Origin: the human T2T-CHM13v2.0 reference genome, Homo sapiens
Reading direction: 5' to 3' (one strand)
DNA length: 64,000 bases
Assembly (NCBI RefSeq): GCF_009914755.1
Contig: NC_060938.1
Shown here: piece after piece, positions 27,156 to 38,373 of the stretch
How positions within the stretch are numbered: the stretch's first letter is position 1
How the letters are laid out: every line of letters starts with the position of its first letter
The notes under the pieces: generated by a model
Seen by the model: the letters and a program-made list of their open reading frames with translations, nothing else
Databases searched by the model: none
Told to the model about the DNA's origin: nothing
Program-made: the position numbers and the translations under genes

Positions 27156-29526
27156 TGGTATGGTTTGGATCTGTGTCCTAGCCCAAATCTCATGTTGATC
27201 CCTTGTAATCCCCAGTGTTGGAGGTGGGACCTGGTGGGAGGTGATTGGATCTCGGAGCAGATTTCCCTCTTGGTGCTAATTTCCCTCTTGCTTCTCCTGA
27301 TAATGAGTAAGTTCTCATGAGATCTGGTTGTTTAAAACTGTGTAGCACCTCCCTGGCCCCCCTACTTGTCTGGCCATGTTAAGACGTGCCTGCTTCCCCT
27401 CCACTTTCTGCCATGATTGTAAGCTTCCTGAGGCTTCCCAGAAGCAGAAGCTGCTATGCTTCCTGTAGAGCCTGCAGGAGCATGAGCCAATTAAACCTCT
27501 TATCTTTATAAATTACCCAGTCTCAGGTATTTCTTTATAGTGATGCAAGAACAGACTAATGCAGAAAATTGGTACTGAGAGTGGGGTACTGCTATAAAGA
27601 TACCCAAAAATGCAGAAGGGATTTTGGAACTGGGGAGTGGGCAGAGATTGGAAGAGTGTGGAGGGCTCAGAAGAAGACAGGAAGATGATGAAAAGTTTGG
27701 AAATTCCTAGAGACTTGTTGAATTGTTATGACTGAAATGCTGGTAGTGATATGGACAATGAAGCCCAGGCTGAGGAGGCTTCAGATGCAGATGAAGAACT
27801 TATTGGGAACTACAGTAAAGATCACTTTTGTTATGCATTAGCAAAGAACTTGGAGGCATTGTGCCCCTGGCCTAAGGATCTGTGGAACTTTGGACTTGTG
27901 AGTCGTGATTTAGGGTACCTGGCTAAAGAAATGTCTAACCAGCAAAGCATTCAAGATGTAGCCTTGCTGCTTTTAACAGCCTATGCTGTCATATGTGTGA
28001 GGAAATAAATGACCTAAAACTGGAACTTATATTTAAAGATGAAACAGAGCCTAAAAGTTTAAAAAAAAAATTTGCAGCCCAGCCATGTGGTAGAAAAGAA
28101 AAGCCCATTTTCAGGGGAAGAATTCAAGCAGGCTGCAGAAATTTGTGTAAGTAATGAGGATCCAAGTGATGATAGCCAAGACTATGGGGGAAAGGCCTTG
28201 AAGGCATTTCAAATAACTTCTCAACAGCCTCTCCCATCACAAGCCCTGGCCACAACCAGGACTCTGCTGCTCTGCACAGCCTCAGTACACTGCTCCCTGC
28301 ATCCCAGCCACTTCAGCTGTAGCCATGGCTAAAAGGGGCCCAGGTACAGCTCAGGCCACTGCTTCAGAGGGTGCAAGCCATAAGCCTTGGTGGCTTCCAC
28401 ATGGTGTTAACCCTGCAGGTGCACAGAATGCAAGAGTTGAGGCTTGAGAGCCTCCACCTAGATTTCAGAGGATGTATGGGAAAGCCTTGATGTCCAGATA
28501 GAAGCCTGCTGCAGGGGTGGAGTCCTCATGGAGAACCTCAACTAGGGCAGTGTGGAGGGGAAATGTGGGGTTCATGCCCCCACACAGAGTCTCCACTGAG
28601 GGCACTGCCTAGTGGAACTTTGAGAAGAGGGCCACCCTCCTCCAGACCCCACAATGATAGAGCCACTGACAACTTGCACCCTCAGCCTAAAAAGTCTCTG
28701 GCAGTCAACACCAGCCTGTGAGAGCAGCCATGGGGGCTGAACCCTGCAAAGCCCAAAGCTTTGGGAGCCCACCCCCTGTACCAGTGTGTCCTGGATATGG
28801 GACATGGAGTCAAAGGAGATTATTTTGTTGCTTTAAGGTTTAATGACTGCCCTGCTGGGTTTTATACTTGCATGGGGCCTTGTTTTGGCCAATTTCTCCC
28901 TTTTTGAATGGGAGTATTTACCCAATACCTATACCCCATTGTATTCTGGAAGTAACTAACTTGTTTTTGATTTTATAGGCTCATAGGCAGAAGGGCTAGC
29001 CTTGTCTTAGGTGAGACTTTGGACTTTGGAAATTTTAGTTAATGCTAGAATGAGTTAAGACTTTGGGGACTGTCGGGAAGGGATGATTGTATTTTGCAAT
29101 GTGAGAATGACATGAGATTTGGGAGGGGCTGGGGCAGAATGATATCATTTGGATCGGTGTCCCTGCCCAAATCTCATGTTGAATTGTAATCCTCAGTGTT
29201 GGAGGTAGGGCCTGGTGGGAGGTGATTGGATTATGGGGGCAGATTTCCCCCTTGGTGCTGTTCTTCTGATAGTGAGTGAATTCTCATTAGATCTGATCAC
29301 TTAAAAGTGTATAGCAGCTCCCCTTCCACTTCTCCAGCCATGTAAGACGTGCCCACTTCCCCTTTGCTTTCTGCCATGATTGTAAGTTTCCCAAGGTCTC
29401 CCAGAAGCAGAAGCCACTATGTTTCCTATACAGCCTGCAGAACCATGAGCCAATTAAACCTCTTTTCTTTATAAATCACCCAGTCTCAGGTATTTCTTTA
29501 GAGCAATGCGGGAACAGACTAATACA
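27156..29526 (+). mobile_element. Full-length MSTA MaLR element: LTR 27156-27563, internal 27564-29139, LTR 29140-29526
   Basis: Two similar direct LTRs (tg.tat..tttggatc...gactaat.ca); MST-int sequence starting gaaaattggtac; polypurine tract before the 3' LTR; TSD agaca/aaaca. Confidence 0.9.
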
Positions 29527-30342
29527 AAACATTTCCATTATAGCTGAAAGTTCTACTGGACAGTGCTGTCTCAGACACCAGTATTATAGTCTTAATGCTG
29601 ATGACACTTCATTGGGGCAGAACTTCTAAGGGATATTTAAAACACACAGTTAACAGTAAGATAGATATAAACCCTCCAAGCAGCTCACTCAACACTTTTT
29701 GGAAACCACTTAGTGAATGATCCTGTCTTCTATTTCCTTCTCTCTAAGGTAATCTAAGTTCTGAGGGTGAAATACGGGCTCCAAGAATTGCCCTGGCATT
29801 AAGGGTTTAGCTTCTGGGACATGTGACATCCTCTGTTCTTGTAGGCATTTGGATGCTGGTTCTATCTCTGCTGATGTCCTTGGGCCAGCTGGGATCTCTG
29901 ACATGTATGGTCTAGCCTATTTGTTGATGGCATTGACATGTCATATAACTAAGAGACTTCATTCAGTCTGCTGGCCCTTTTAGTCACCTTTGGCACTTTG
30001 CAGGGAACAAAAAAAGCTTCTGGATACTCCTGCAGACTACTCTGTATTGAAGTTTCAGACTACTCTGCATTGAGGTCTCAGACCCTTCTGTCTGGTTGCC
30101 TCCAAGCTAAAGTTCCCTCACTCTCTAATTCCCTTCAAATTAATCTGTGGTTTCTATTTCCCACTCCCTCTCTTTGACTTAGCTCAGTATGGTGGTCTCT
30201 GCACCCATTCTCTAGAGCCCAGAAAACTCTAAGCTCTAGTCACCCATTCTTACATTTCTCTCTATCTGCTGCAGGTCAAATGCTTATTTCCTTTAGGGAG
30301 ACAAAACATCTCCCTTCTCTTCTTGTGTTCTTCATCCCTATG

Positions 30343-30548
30343 CAGAGGTCACAAATTCTGAAAAGTGCCAAACAGCAAATATTTTAGGCTTTGCAGGCTA
30401 TATGGTCTCTGTTGCAACTACTCAGCCCACTGTTCTAAGTGCAAAAGTAACTATAGACAATGGGTAACCAAATGGATATGGCTGTGCTTCAGTAAAACTT
30501 AATTACAAAAAAACTTTACCTCCAAAGATTGTAGTTTGCTGACCTCTG
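30343..30548. mobile_element. MER58A (hAT-Charlie)
   Basis: TIRs cagaggtca / tgacctctg; aaatattttaggctttgcaggc...tctgttgcaactactca. Confidence 0.8.
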
Positions 30549-31294
30549 GTTTATATTAATAGTATAAAGTTGGGATCCAGGTTCTCTTTGCCCTTAGTAT
30601 TTAGAAACAAGTTTTCAGAATTTAAAAAAAAGCTCCTGTCTGTGAAAATCAGCTTAATCTACTATAGATTTTTAAAGTCTACTGTTGAACTCAAACACCA
30701 AGAATTTTCTTCTTTCTTCTAGGCATATTAGTGGTGCCCTAAAGAGAGGGCACGTAGAAACTCTCCATGGATGTTTGAATGGTAGCAGAAAGGATACAAA
30801 TAAAAGAATTAGAAAATAGTTAAAATCATAGTATTTCTCAACTACATTCTTATCAAACTGTGATTGTGAAAATTAATGAAAATCAGTATTTTGGAAACTG
30901 TGCCTCACACATTGTCAGGCACACAACGAACGTTCAATAAATGCCCACTCTTTCATTCCTGTACCTCTAGGATCAACACTGATGTCATTCAAGCAACAGC
31001 TAGAAGACCAACTCTGTCTCCGACTTATTGAGTTGAAATGCATTTATTTTTCCACTGTTATGAAAAAATGCAGATTTTCCCCGAAGAAGCATTTTTTTAA
31101 TTCATCGCTTTTTCTTAAAGCCACGTGACAGAAAGCCAGGGCCCAGATCCTAAGGAGAGGGACCATCATGGGTCAGTTTTTAAAATGGGAGAAAAGTGTC
31201 CCCTGTAAAAAAGTACTACTTGTCCACTTTAGAGGAGAGAATACTAAATATGAAGTGGGAGGGGCTAAAATAAAATTACACCCACTTCCTCTGT

Positions 31295-31690
31295 ACGACT
31301 TTCTTGGTTACAAGTGATAGAAATTTAATTCAAACTAGGTTAGGTAAAGGGGGAATTTATTAGTTTGGAGTATCTAAGGCTGAACAACTAAATTGTGGCT
31401 GGTCAGGAATGTGGCTGGGCCTCAGAAACAACTGGAGCCGGGCATCTGAATGCTCTCCCTACTCTCCCTGTCCTTCCTTTCTGCAGCACTGTCCAGATCA
31501 GCTTCTTCCACATGGGAGGGAAAATGGCTGCTGACGGCTCCCAAGCCTCAATCCCTTCACCCTTGCCACTGGTAAGACAGATTCCTTTTTTCACTTCCAG
31601 TTTTTAAAATTCCAGGGAAGGGCTCTGACTGGCTCTGCTGTAGTCATGTGTATACCCAGCCAATGGGAGCCAGGCTGAGGGGTGGGGTCA
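31295..31690 (-). mobile_element. Ancient ERVL/MaLR-type LTR (LTR33-like)
   Basis: ttggttacaagtgatagaaa...caaactagg...aaggggggaatttatt-like start; aaaatggctgctgac; ccagggaagggctctgactggc. Confidence 0.55.
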
Positions 31691-32564
31691 TGGCTGTTAC
31701 TGCCGTAGCCCCTTGGACAGGAGGCGGCAGGCACAGACATCAATCACTGAGTGTCCTTCGCCTCAGCATTTCCCCTGAGGTTGGTTCTGCACACCTTCAT
31801 CTTTGTCTCAGCACAGGCCCTGGGCGGCAATGCCTTTTTGTGTTTTTTATGTATAAAGCTATTTGTTACAGTGTTGACTCAAAGCTGATACATTTCTGTT
31901 CTCAGGCAAACTGCGGTTTAGGTTGCTGCCTTGGCAGTCCTGGCTGTCCTCACGGAAGAGCATGTGAACCACGGACCTGGCTGTCTTTTTCATTGGGTTG
32001 GCTCTGCGGTGCAGGCTGGCAGATGAGCATGTGATGAGCCCGCCCTTGCTGGCCGTGCAATTCGGCTCCTGTCATGCTCTTGGCCATTGAATCGGCCTAA
32101 TGCAGCCCCTCAGCAGCCAGCCTGGTGTTCCCTGGGGCTGAGGATCTAATGTCAGCAGGGCATGATTCGATTCACATTAAAGATGGATATTAAGTCTTTT
32201 TACTCGGGGTCTTGTCAAGAAAAACAAATCTGCCTGCTATCAAAGGCATAGAAAATGCCCCTTACCATGACAGCAGTTAACTATGTTCACTGATATCAAA
32301 GAGACTGTCTGTCCCCAAGCCTTGGAGGCAGTTTTGTCAAGGTCAATTCGGCTGATCTTTTTCAACGATAACCCAAAGAGGATTAAGTTAACATCTGACC
32401 TTTAAAGAGCTTTATTGTTGGGGAACCAAGCTAATTAAAAAATTAAAAGACTGCTTTTGAAAAATATTTAGACCAAACACTAAGGAAAACATGAACACAC
32501 TGCTTATAGCAGCAGGAATATTGACAGAAAATCCCCAATGGCAAACTAGCTTTGTTATCACACT

Positions 32565-32800
32565 GTTGAGCTTAATGTGGGGACTCTGGAATCAAACGAA
32601 TGGGTTCCAATCCTGGCTCTGCCACTTTCTAGTTTCTAGAAAGTGTTTCTAGAAACACTAGTTTCTAGTTTAGTTTCAAAGTAGGGCAAGTGTCTTGCCT
32701 TCTCTGAGCTCTGTTGTCTTATTTGTAAAATCGGGATAATAATAGTAATTATCTATAAGATTATTGCAAGGATTAAATGAGATAGTACATGTAAAGCCTT
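32565..32800 (+). mobile_element. MIR carrying an internal palindromic insertion
   Basis: ggactctggaatcaaac...tcctggctctgccact...gggcaagt...ctctctgagc...tgtaaaatcgggataataatagta. Confidence 0.8.
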
Positions 32801-33249
32801 TTCATTTAGGCTAACTATAAATATTACTGTGGACATTTTCAAGTTTAAACATTTTTAAATTTTGCTTTACCGACTTGTGCCATCATGTTGACAGCTGAAT
32901 GGAATCTCTTGACAAAGTGGCTGGTTCTCACTATCTCCAGAATTCAGAGAAACATCTAGGTTCTGAGCTGGCTCAGCTTTGGACCAAATGTTACTAGCAT
33001 AGATATAGCAGCTCTTACACCCCAGCTGCCACTGCACTTGATCATCTGCCCCATTACACATATGACAACTCTGTTTACTACTAAAGCTATCTTGAAGAAA
33101 TGGAATTGTGAGAATAGGGATGGTAATGTTGTCCAGAAAAAGTTCTCTCTTTTAAGTTCTCCTATAAATACTTTCCAATTCAAGGAGATACTGTTCATTG
33201 TTAAATGTTTTCATCCAAAGCAGTGTTCCTCACCCTGGCTTCCGGTTTG

Positions 33250-33747
33250 CTTTTTCTTTTTCTTTTCTTTTCTCTCTTTTCTTTTCTTCTGTCTCTTTTC
33301 TTTTCTGTCCTTTCTTTCTTTTTTCTTTTCTTTTCCTTTCTTTCTTTCTTTTATTCTTTCTTTCCTTCTTTCTTTCTTTTTTCTTTCTTCCTGCCTTCCT
33401 GCCTGCCTTCTTTCCTTCCTTCCTTTCCTTCTTTTCTTTTCTTTTTTGACAGCATCTAACTCTGTTACCCAGGCTGGAGCGCAGTGGTGCATAGCTCACT
33501 GCAGCTGCAGTCTCAAACTGCTGGGCTCAAGTGATCCTCCTGGCTCAGCCTCCCAAGTAGCTGGGACTACAGGTGCACACCACCACACCTGGCTAATTTA
33601 AACTTTTTTTTTTTTTTTTTTTTAAAGACATGAGGTCTTGCTATGATTCCCAGGCTGGTCTCAAATGCCTGTCCTCAAGAATCCTCCCACTTTGGCCTCC
33701 CAAAGTGCTGAGATTATAAGCATGAGCCACTGCACCCGCACTTGGCT
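33250..33747 (-). mobile_element. AluJ with an expanded ~200-bp CT-rich (TTTC/TTCC) tail
   Basis: Pyrimidine tract 33250-33447 followed by an antisense Alu body. Confidence 0.9.
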
Positions 33748-33899
33748 TGGTTTTCTTTTCATTGGCTTATGTGGTGGTTGGAGTTATCTCTTTTGCATGT
33801 TGACAGGTGTCATAAAGCCATAGGAGACTTTGAGATGGCCTGAAAATAAGATCATGGATTTTTCCTGGCAGAGAGTTTAGTTTACTTTCAAACCCCGCT

Positions 33900-34475
33900 A
33901 GCCTTTGCTACTCAAAGCCTGGTTCATAAAACCAGGGCTTTGACTTCACTTAGATGCTTCTTAGAATTGCAGAATCTCTTGCCCCACAGTCTTGCTCTCT
34001 CAGGCTGGAGTACAGTAGCACAATCTCAGCTCACTGCAACTTCCACCTCCTGAATTCAGGTGATTCTGGTGTCTCAGCCTCCCAAGTAGCTGGGATTATA
34101 GGCATGCACCATCATACCCAGCTACTTTTTGTATTTTTAGTAGAGACAGGTTTTTGCCATGTTGTCCAGGCTGATCTCAGACTCCTGGCCTCAAGTGATC
34201 TGCCCATCTTGGCCTCCCAGAATGCTTGGATTACAGGTGTGAGCCACTGCACCGGCCACAATCTGCATTTTAACAAACTTCCCAGGTGGTGCCAATGACA
34301 TTAAAGTTGCAGCAGCACTGCTCAGGAGCTGTGCATTGGAATCACCTGGAGTACTTGAAAAACTATTGATGCTCAGGTCCCAACCACAAAGACTCCCCCA
34401 ACTTAACTGGCATTGGGGTTTTAAAAAATTTCTCCAGGTCATTGTAACTAATGCACAAGGTGAGAACTTGTGCTC
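33900..34475. mobile_element. Two MER5-family elements; the first is split by an Alu
   Basis: tgctactcaaag...ttagaattgcagaatctc / aatctgcattttaacaa...; then ggaatcacctggag...gatgctcaggtccca. Confidence 0.65.
33986..34257 (-). mobile_element. AluS lacking its poly-A tail
   Basis: Antisense Alu begins abruptly at acagtcttgctc with no T-tract. Confidence 0.88.
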
Positions 34476-35207
34476 AAGAGACATTCTTTCTTCTTCCTCC
34501 ACTTATTTCTACAATTGCTTTTCTCTTAAAGTAAAAATCTCAAGCTACAGTCAAAGTTCATTTCATGTCCATTTTATAGATAATGCCACACAATGTGAAG
34601 ATTCATTCTGAATTTAAAAAATAACCTTTACAAATATCTTCTGAACCTTTGCCAAGGTCCCCACATCCCTCTTTTATTGTGAGGTCCAGAACTAGACACA
34701 GTCCTCCAGTACAGCCCTCAACATCACTGAACAGCAGCACAAGGGATGTTTGTATTCTTCTGAATGAAAGGTACTGTTATAAAGAAAGTCAGAACATTCG
34801 AAGGGGGTGGGGGCGGCTTTGATGGCCAAGCAAAAGATTTCCTCATGCCTACACTCAGTCTGGGAGTGAATGAGCCAGTTACATAAGGAGAAAATCCTCC
34901 TTCCTAGTGTTGAGCTTTCCTAATTGGAGGACTAAATGTGTCATTATTTAACTAAATAATTAATAAGCTTTCTTGTAATTCATGGATGACTAAACAGATA
35001 AACTCACCTGTACCAAACTTTCAGAGAGAGTTCCACTGATTTAATAAATTTGGTTCATGTCATCAGCATAAAAGTCATCTGAACCTTGAGCCTCAAAGAC
35101 CAGTGACCTCCAAACTTGACAACTCAACTTATAAGAATCAACTCGGCTGCTTACTAAACATATATAGATGTCTGAGCAAAGGTATTTGTGGTTTTTAAAA
35201 AACTACA

Positions 35208-35376
35208 TCAATTCTTCTCAAACTTTAATGGGGGTGGTGATGTGGTGAGGGCAGGTCTTGTAAAAAATTTAGACTCCCATCAACAGGTCTGAGTAGGGCC
35301 TGAGATTCTGCATTCCTAACGATCTCAAAAGTGATACCGTGCCGCTACTTCATGGACCACACTTTTAGTGGCAAGG
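35208..35376. mobile_element. MER5A
   Basis: ggcctgagattctgcattcctaac...catggaccacacttttagtggcaagg. Confidence 0.7.
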
Positions 35377-35859
35377 CCCTAGACAATTTTGATAATCAGC
35401 CAGTTTGGGAACCAGAACTTGAGGCATCATAAATGTTACCTGAAATATGAAAAAGCTAATCTCCGCCTCAATGTTTATCAGCAGCTCAGGGTGCATCAGT
35501 GAGTGTTACACAGACGGATACAAAATGTGGGTGGGCAAATTTAATTTCAAACGGTGGAAGAAACCTTATTGAGAATGTTTAATTATGTTCATGCTCCGCT
35601 AATACGAGAATAGAGTGGACTCTTAAGTTCCTTTATTTCTCTAGTGATCTATTCTTTAGAGTTCACCAGCAAACACAAAGGCGGGAGGAACCGTTACTTT
35701 AAATTCATATTATTTTAGCTGATGTATCTGGAGCACAGTGATAAATTAATCATGACGTCTGGTCTGATTCACAATCATGTTCTAGCCTAATTTACACTTT
35801 GCATTTGCAGAACTGAAATGCGATGCATTAAAATGGTCACACACCACGGATTTTTCTCC

Positions 35860-36600
35860 TCGCTGCACCCATGGAGGGAGGCGCTGTCTCCGCCTTTTCC
35901 TGTAAGCACCTGCCCGGGGCCCAAGCCCACAGTGGATGGCTCGTCCAGCTCAGAGAGCGCCCAGGACGCAGTGAGGAAGCAGAATTGGGCGCTCAAGACT
36001 CAGACCCGGACTGATGAGCTAAGACTGCTTGCAAGAGGGAGTGGGAGTCGTTAAAAAAATATCCTCGTGGCTTAATGACCAAGGCGGGTTTATTCTCAAG
36101 GAAGGGGGAGCGGCGTGGTGGTGTTACTAAACATAACAGATGGCAGCTGTCTGCGGCTATATAGGGCGCGCTGACAAATCCCTCTGGATGGCCACGCGGC
36201 GCTGGGCTGCGGGGCCTGGGTGCACTTCGCGCCTGGCTCGGAGGGCGCCGCCTGCGGGAGGACCTCCGGGAGCCGAGCTGCCTCCCCGCAAACCCGGCCC
36301 GGGCCCACGCGGGCTCAGGGCGCCAGGCGGGGTGCGCCGAGGTGCAGCTCCCCGGCCCTAGGCTTCGCTGGGGTGGGGGTCGAGGCCTCTCCGCGGGTGG
36401 CTCCCTCCACCCTGCCGCCCCGCCTCGCGGCTGGGAGTTGCCCGGGAGCTGTGAATTCACTAGACCAGCATTCACCCAGGGCCTGCGGGGGCTGTGAAAG
36501 GATGGGAGGACTCGGCTCCCCAACCCACCTTTACAAAGCCGAAGTGTGGCTGGTGAGGTACCCGACACGCACACACTGCACCGTGATACTGAACCATGCC
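35860..36600. promoter_or_regulatory. CpG island (promoter/enhancer-like) with TATA-like element and E-boxes
   Basis: The only extended CpG-dense non-repeat region in the window. ctatatag at 36157-36164, CAGATG at 36137-36142, CAGCTG at 36144-36149. Confidence 0.85.
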
Positions 36601-37307
36601 TGAGTGTGCATTTTGTGCGAAATGGGTCTTAGCCATGATTTCCATGTGGTGAACATCTTTTCCAAACCCCGGATTGAAACACGATTATCAGGTCAATAAC
36701 ATTTTTTCTATGATTTGGAGATTGATTCAGATGGGCAAAATCTTACAAAGTTAATAATCTTATAAAAATCTTACATAATAATCTTAAGTCGCTTTTAGAG
36801 AGACATTTAAAAAATATGTCTATTGAAAATAATAAAATTCAGTGAAATTGGACAGGACTGTGGCAGTTGGGGAAGCTTCCTGGAAGATCGGGCAGAAAGA
36901 GAGCTTGCCAGTTTGGGCTTGGGATGGGCAAAAACAGAGGGGATTGAGAGTTCTGGGGACTCAATAACGTACATCACTGTGATTTTCAAGCGGCAAATTT
37001 CTTTAGAAAGGTAAGGCCAGACAGACTAATGGGAACTGTCCAAGGAGAGGGAACAGAGGAACCCTCTGCACTTTTGGGGCTATGGTCTCTGAAATCGGCT
37101 GCAAGGACCACCACCTAGGGGTCGTGTGGTGCATGTCATGTGCTTGGCTTTCTGCAGCAGTGTTGGAGAGTTCCATGGGAAAAGCCTCCTCTCCCCACCC
37201 CTCATCATCTCCTCGACCCCTTTCTCAACAAATGTCAGGGACTAAGGCTTCCTTATTTTCTCCTCAATCACCTTGCAGTGCTTTTCACTGAAGGTGAGAA
37301 AGGTTGA

Positions 37308-37410
37308 GGTTCATTCATTCATTTAACAAATGTTTAAGAGCCTTCTATGTGCTAAGCCCAGGTGCTTGGAACCTGAACAAAACAGGTAAGAATCCCTGCC
37401 TGCGTGGAGT
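37308..37410 (-). mobile_element. L2 3' end
   Basis: ttcattcattcatttaacaaatgtttaagagccttctatgtgctaagc. Confidence 0.7.
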
Positions 37411-38123
37411 TTGCAAGAAGCAAGCTACATGGATAAAATCTGTGGACAGTGTCAGCCTGACAATGGGCTGCCTTTGTTTCCTGTAAATAGAATTATTCCT
37501 TTTGACTTAACAAGAATTCTGACACACTGAGGGTCCTCCATACATGTGAAGCTATCATTGTGATTATTCAGTAATTGCCAAGAAAAAGGCATACCTGATG
37601 GAGGAACCCTTATGTTTGAAAGAATAGAATAAAGTTTTAATTCCTTTTTTATGCATTTATCTGGTGGAGGGTGCTTTGGCCACATGCGAACCTTTCCCCA
37701 GTAACGTGGGTTTGTGTAAAGTAGGAGTTTGACTGTGAGGCATTAAGAAACATGGACTTCCTGTCTCCATTTCTGGGAACCCTTAGGTCACATGGAAAAT
37801 GCAGGGCCTCTGGTACTCAACTTCCCTGGGACCATGTTCTGTTAACCCTACCACCTTTTAAATTCTCCCTCACCCTCATCATGTCCTCACTTCCCTCCTT
37901 ACACAGCTTCAATTCTGTGGCCAGGTTTTGGAATGATTCCCTTATCTCTGCCACAGGATCCAAGAGCTATGTTTCAATGATTTCCAAAGCCTGAAAGTCA
38001 TTGTATATCCACCTTAGATAAGCCAGAAGAAACTAACCTACCTTTCAAATTTATTTGCTTTTGGCTACAGCAATAGTAATTTATTATGGTACAGTGGGTA
38101 AGTATTTTACCAATTGCTTATTA

Positions 38124-38373
38124 AGGCTGGAGTGCAATGTCGTGATTACTGCAAACTCCACCTCCTGGGCTCAAGCAATTCTCCTGCCTCAGTCTCCTGA
38201 GTAGCTGGGATTACAGGCCTCTGCTACCACGCCTGGCTAATTTTTGTATTTTTAGTAGAGACAGCGTTTCACCATGTTGGCCAGGCTGGTCTGGAACTCC
38301 TGACCTCAAGTGATCTGCCCCCTCTCAGGCTCCCAAAGTGCTGGGATTACAGGTGTGAGCCACCACACCCAAC
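38124..38373 (-). mobile_element. AluS, 3'-truncated (no tail)
   Basis: Starts at aggctggagtgca; lacks the last ~25 nt and the poly-A. Confidence 0.88.

Noticed and set aside
27751-28805. ORFs inside the MSTA internal region
   Set aside because: Decayed MaLR internal ORF fragments, short and interrupted.
33038-33601. 187-aa F/S/L-rich ORF and antisense K/R/E-rich ORFs
   Set aside because: Translations of the CT-rich Alu tail and Alu body.
35993-36603. 193-aa and 127-aa ORFs in the CpG island
   Set aside because: Pro/Arg/Ala/Gly-rich, open on both strands as expected from stop-codon scarcity at high GC; no recognisable domain.
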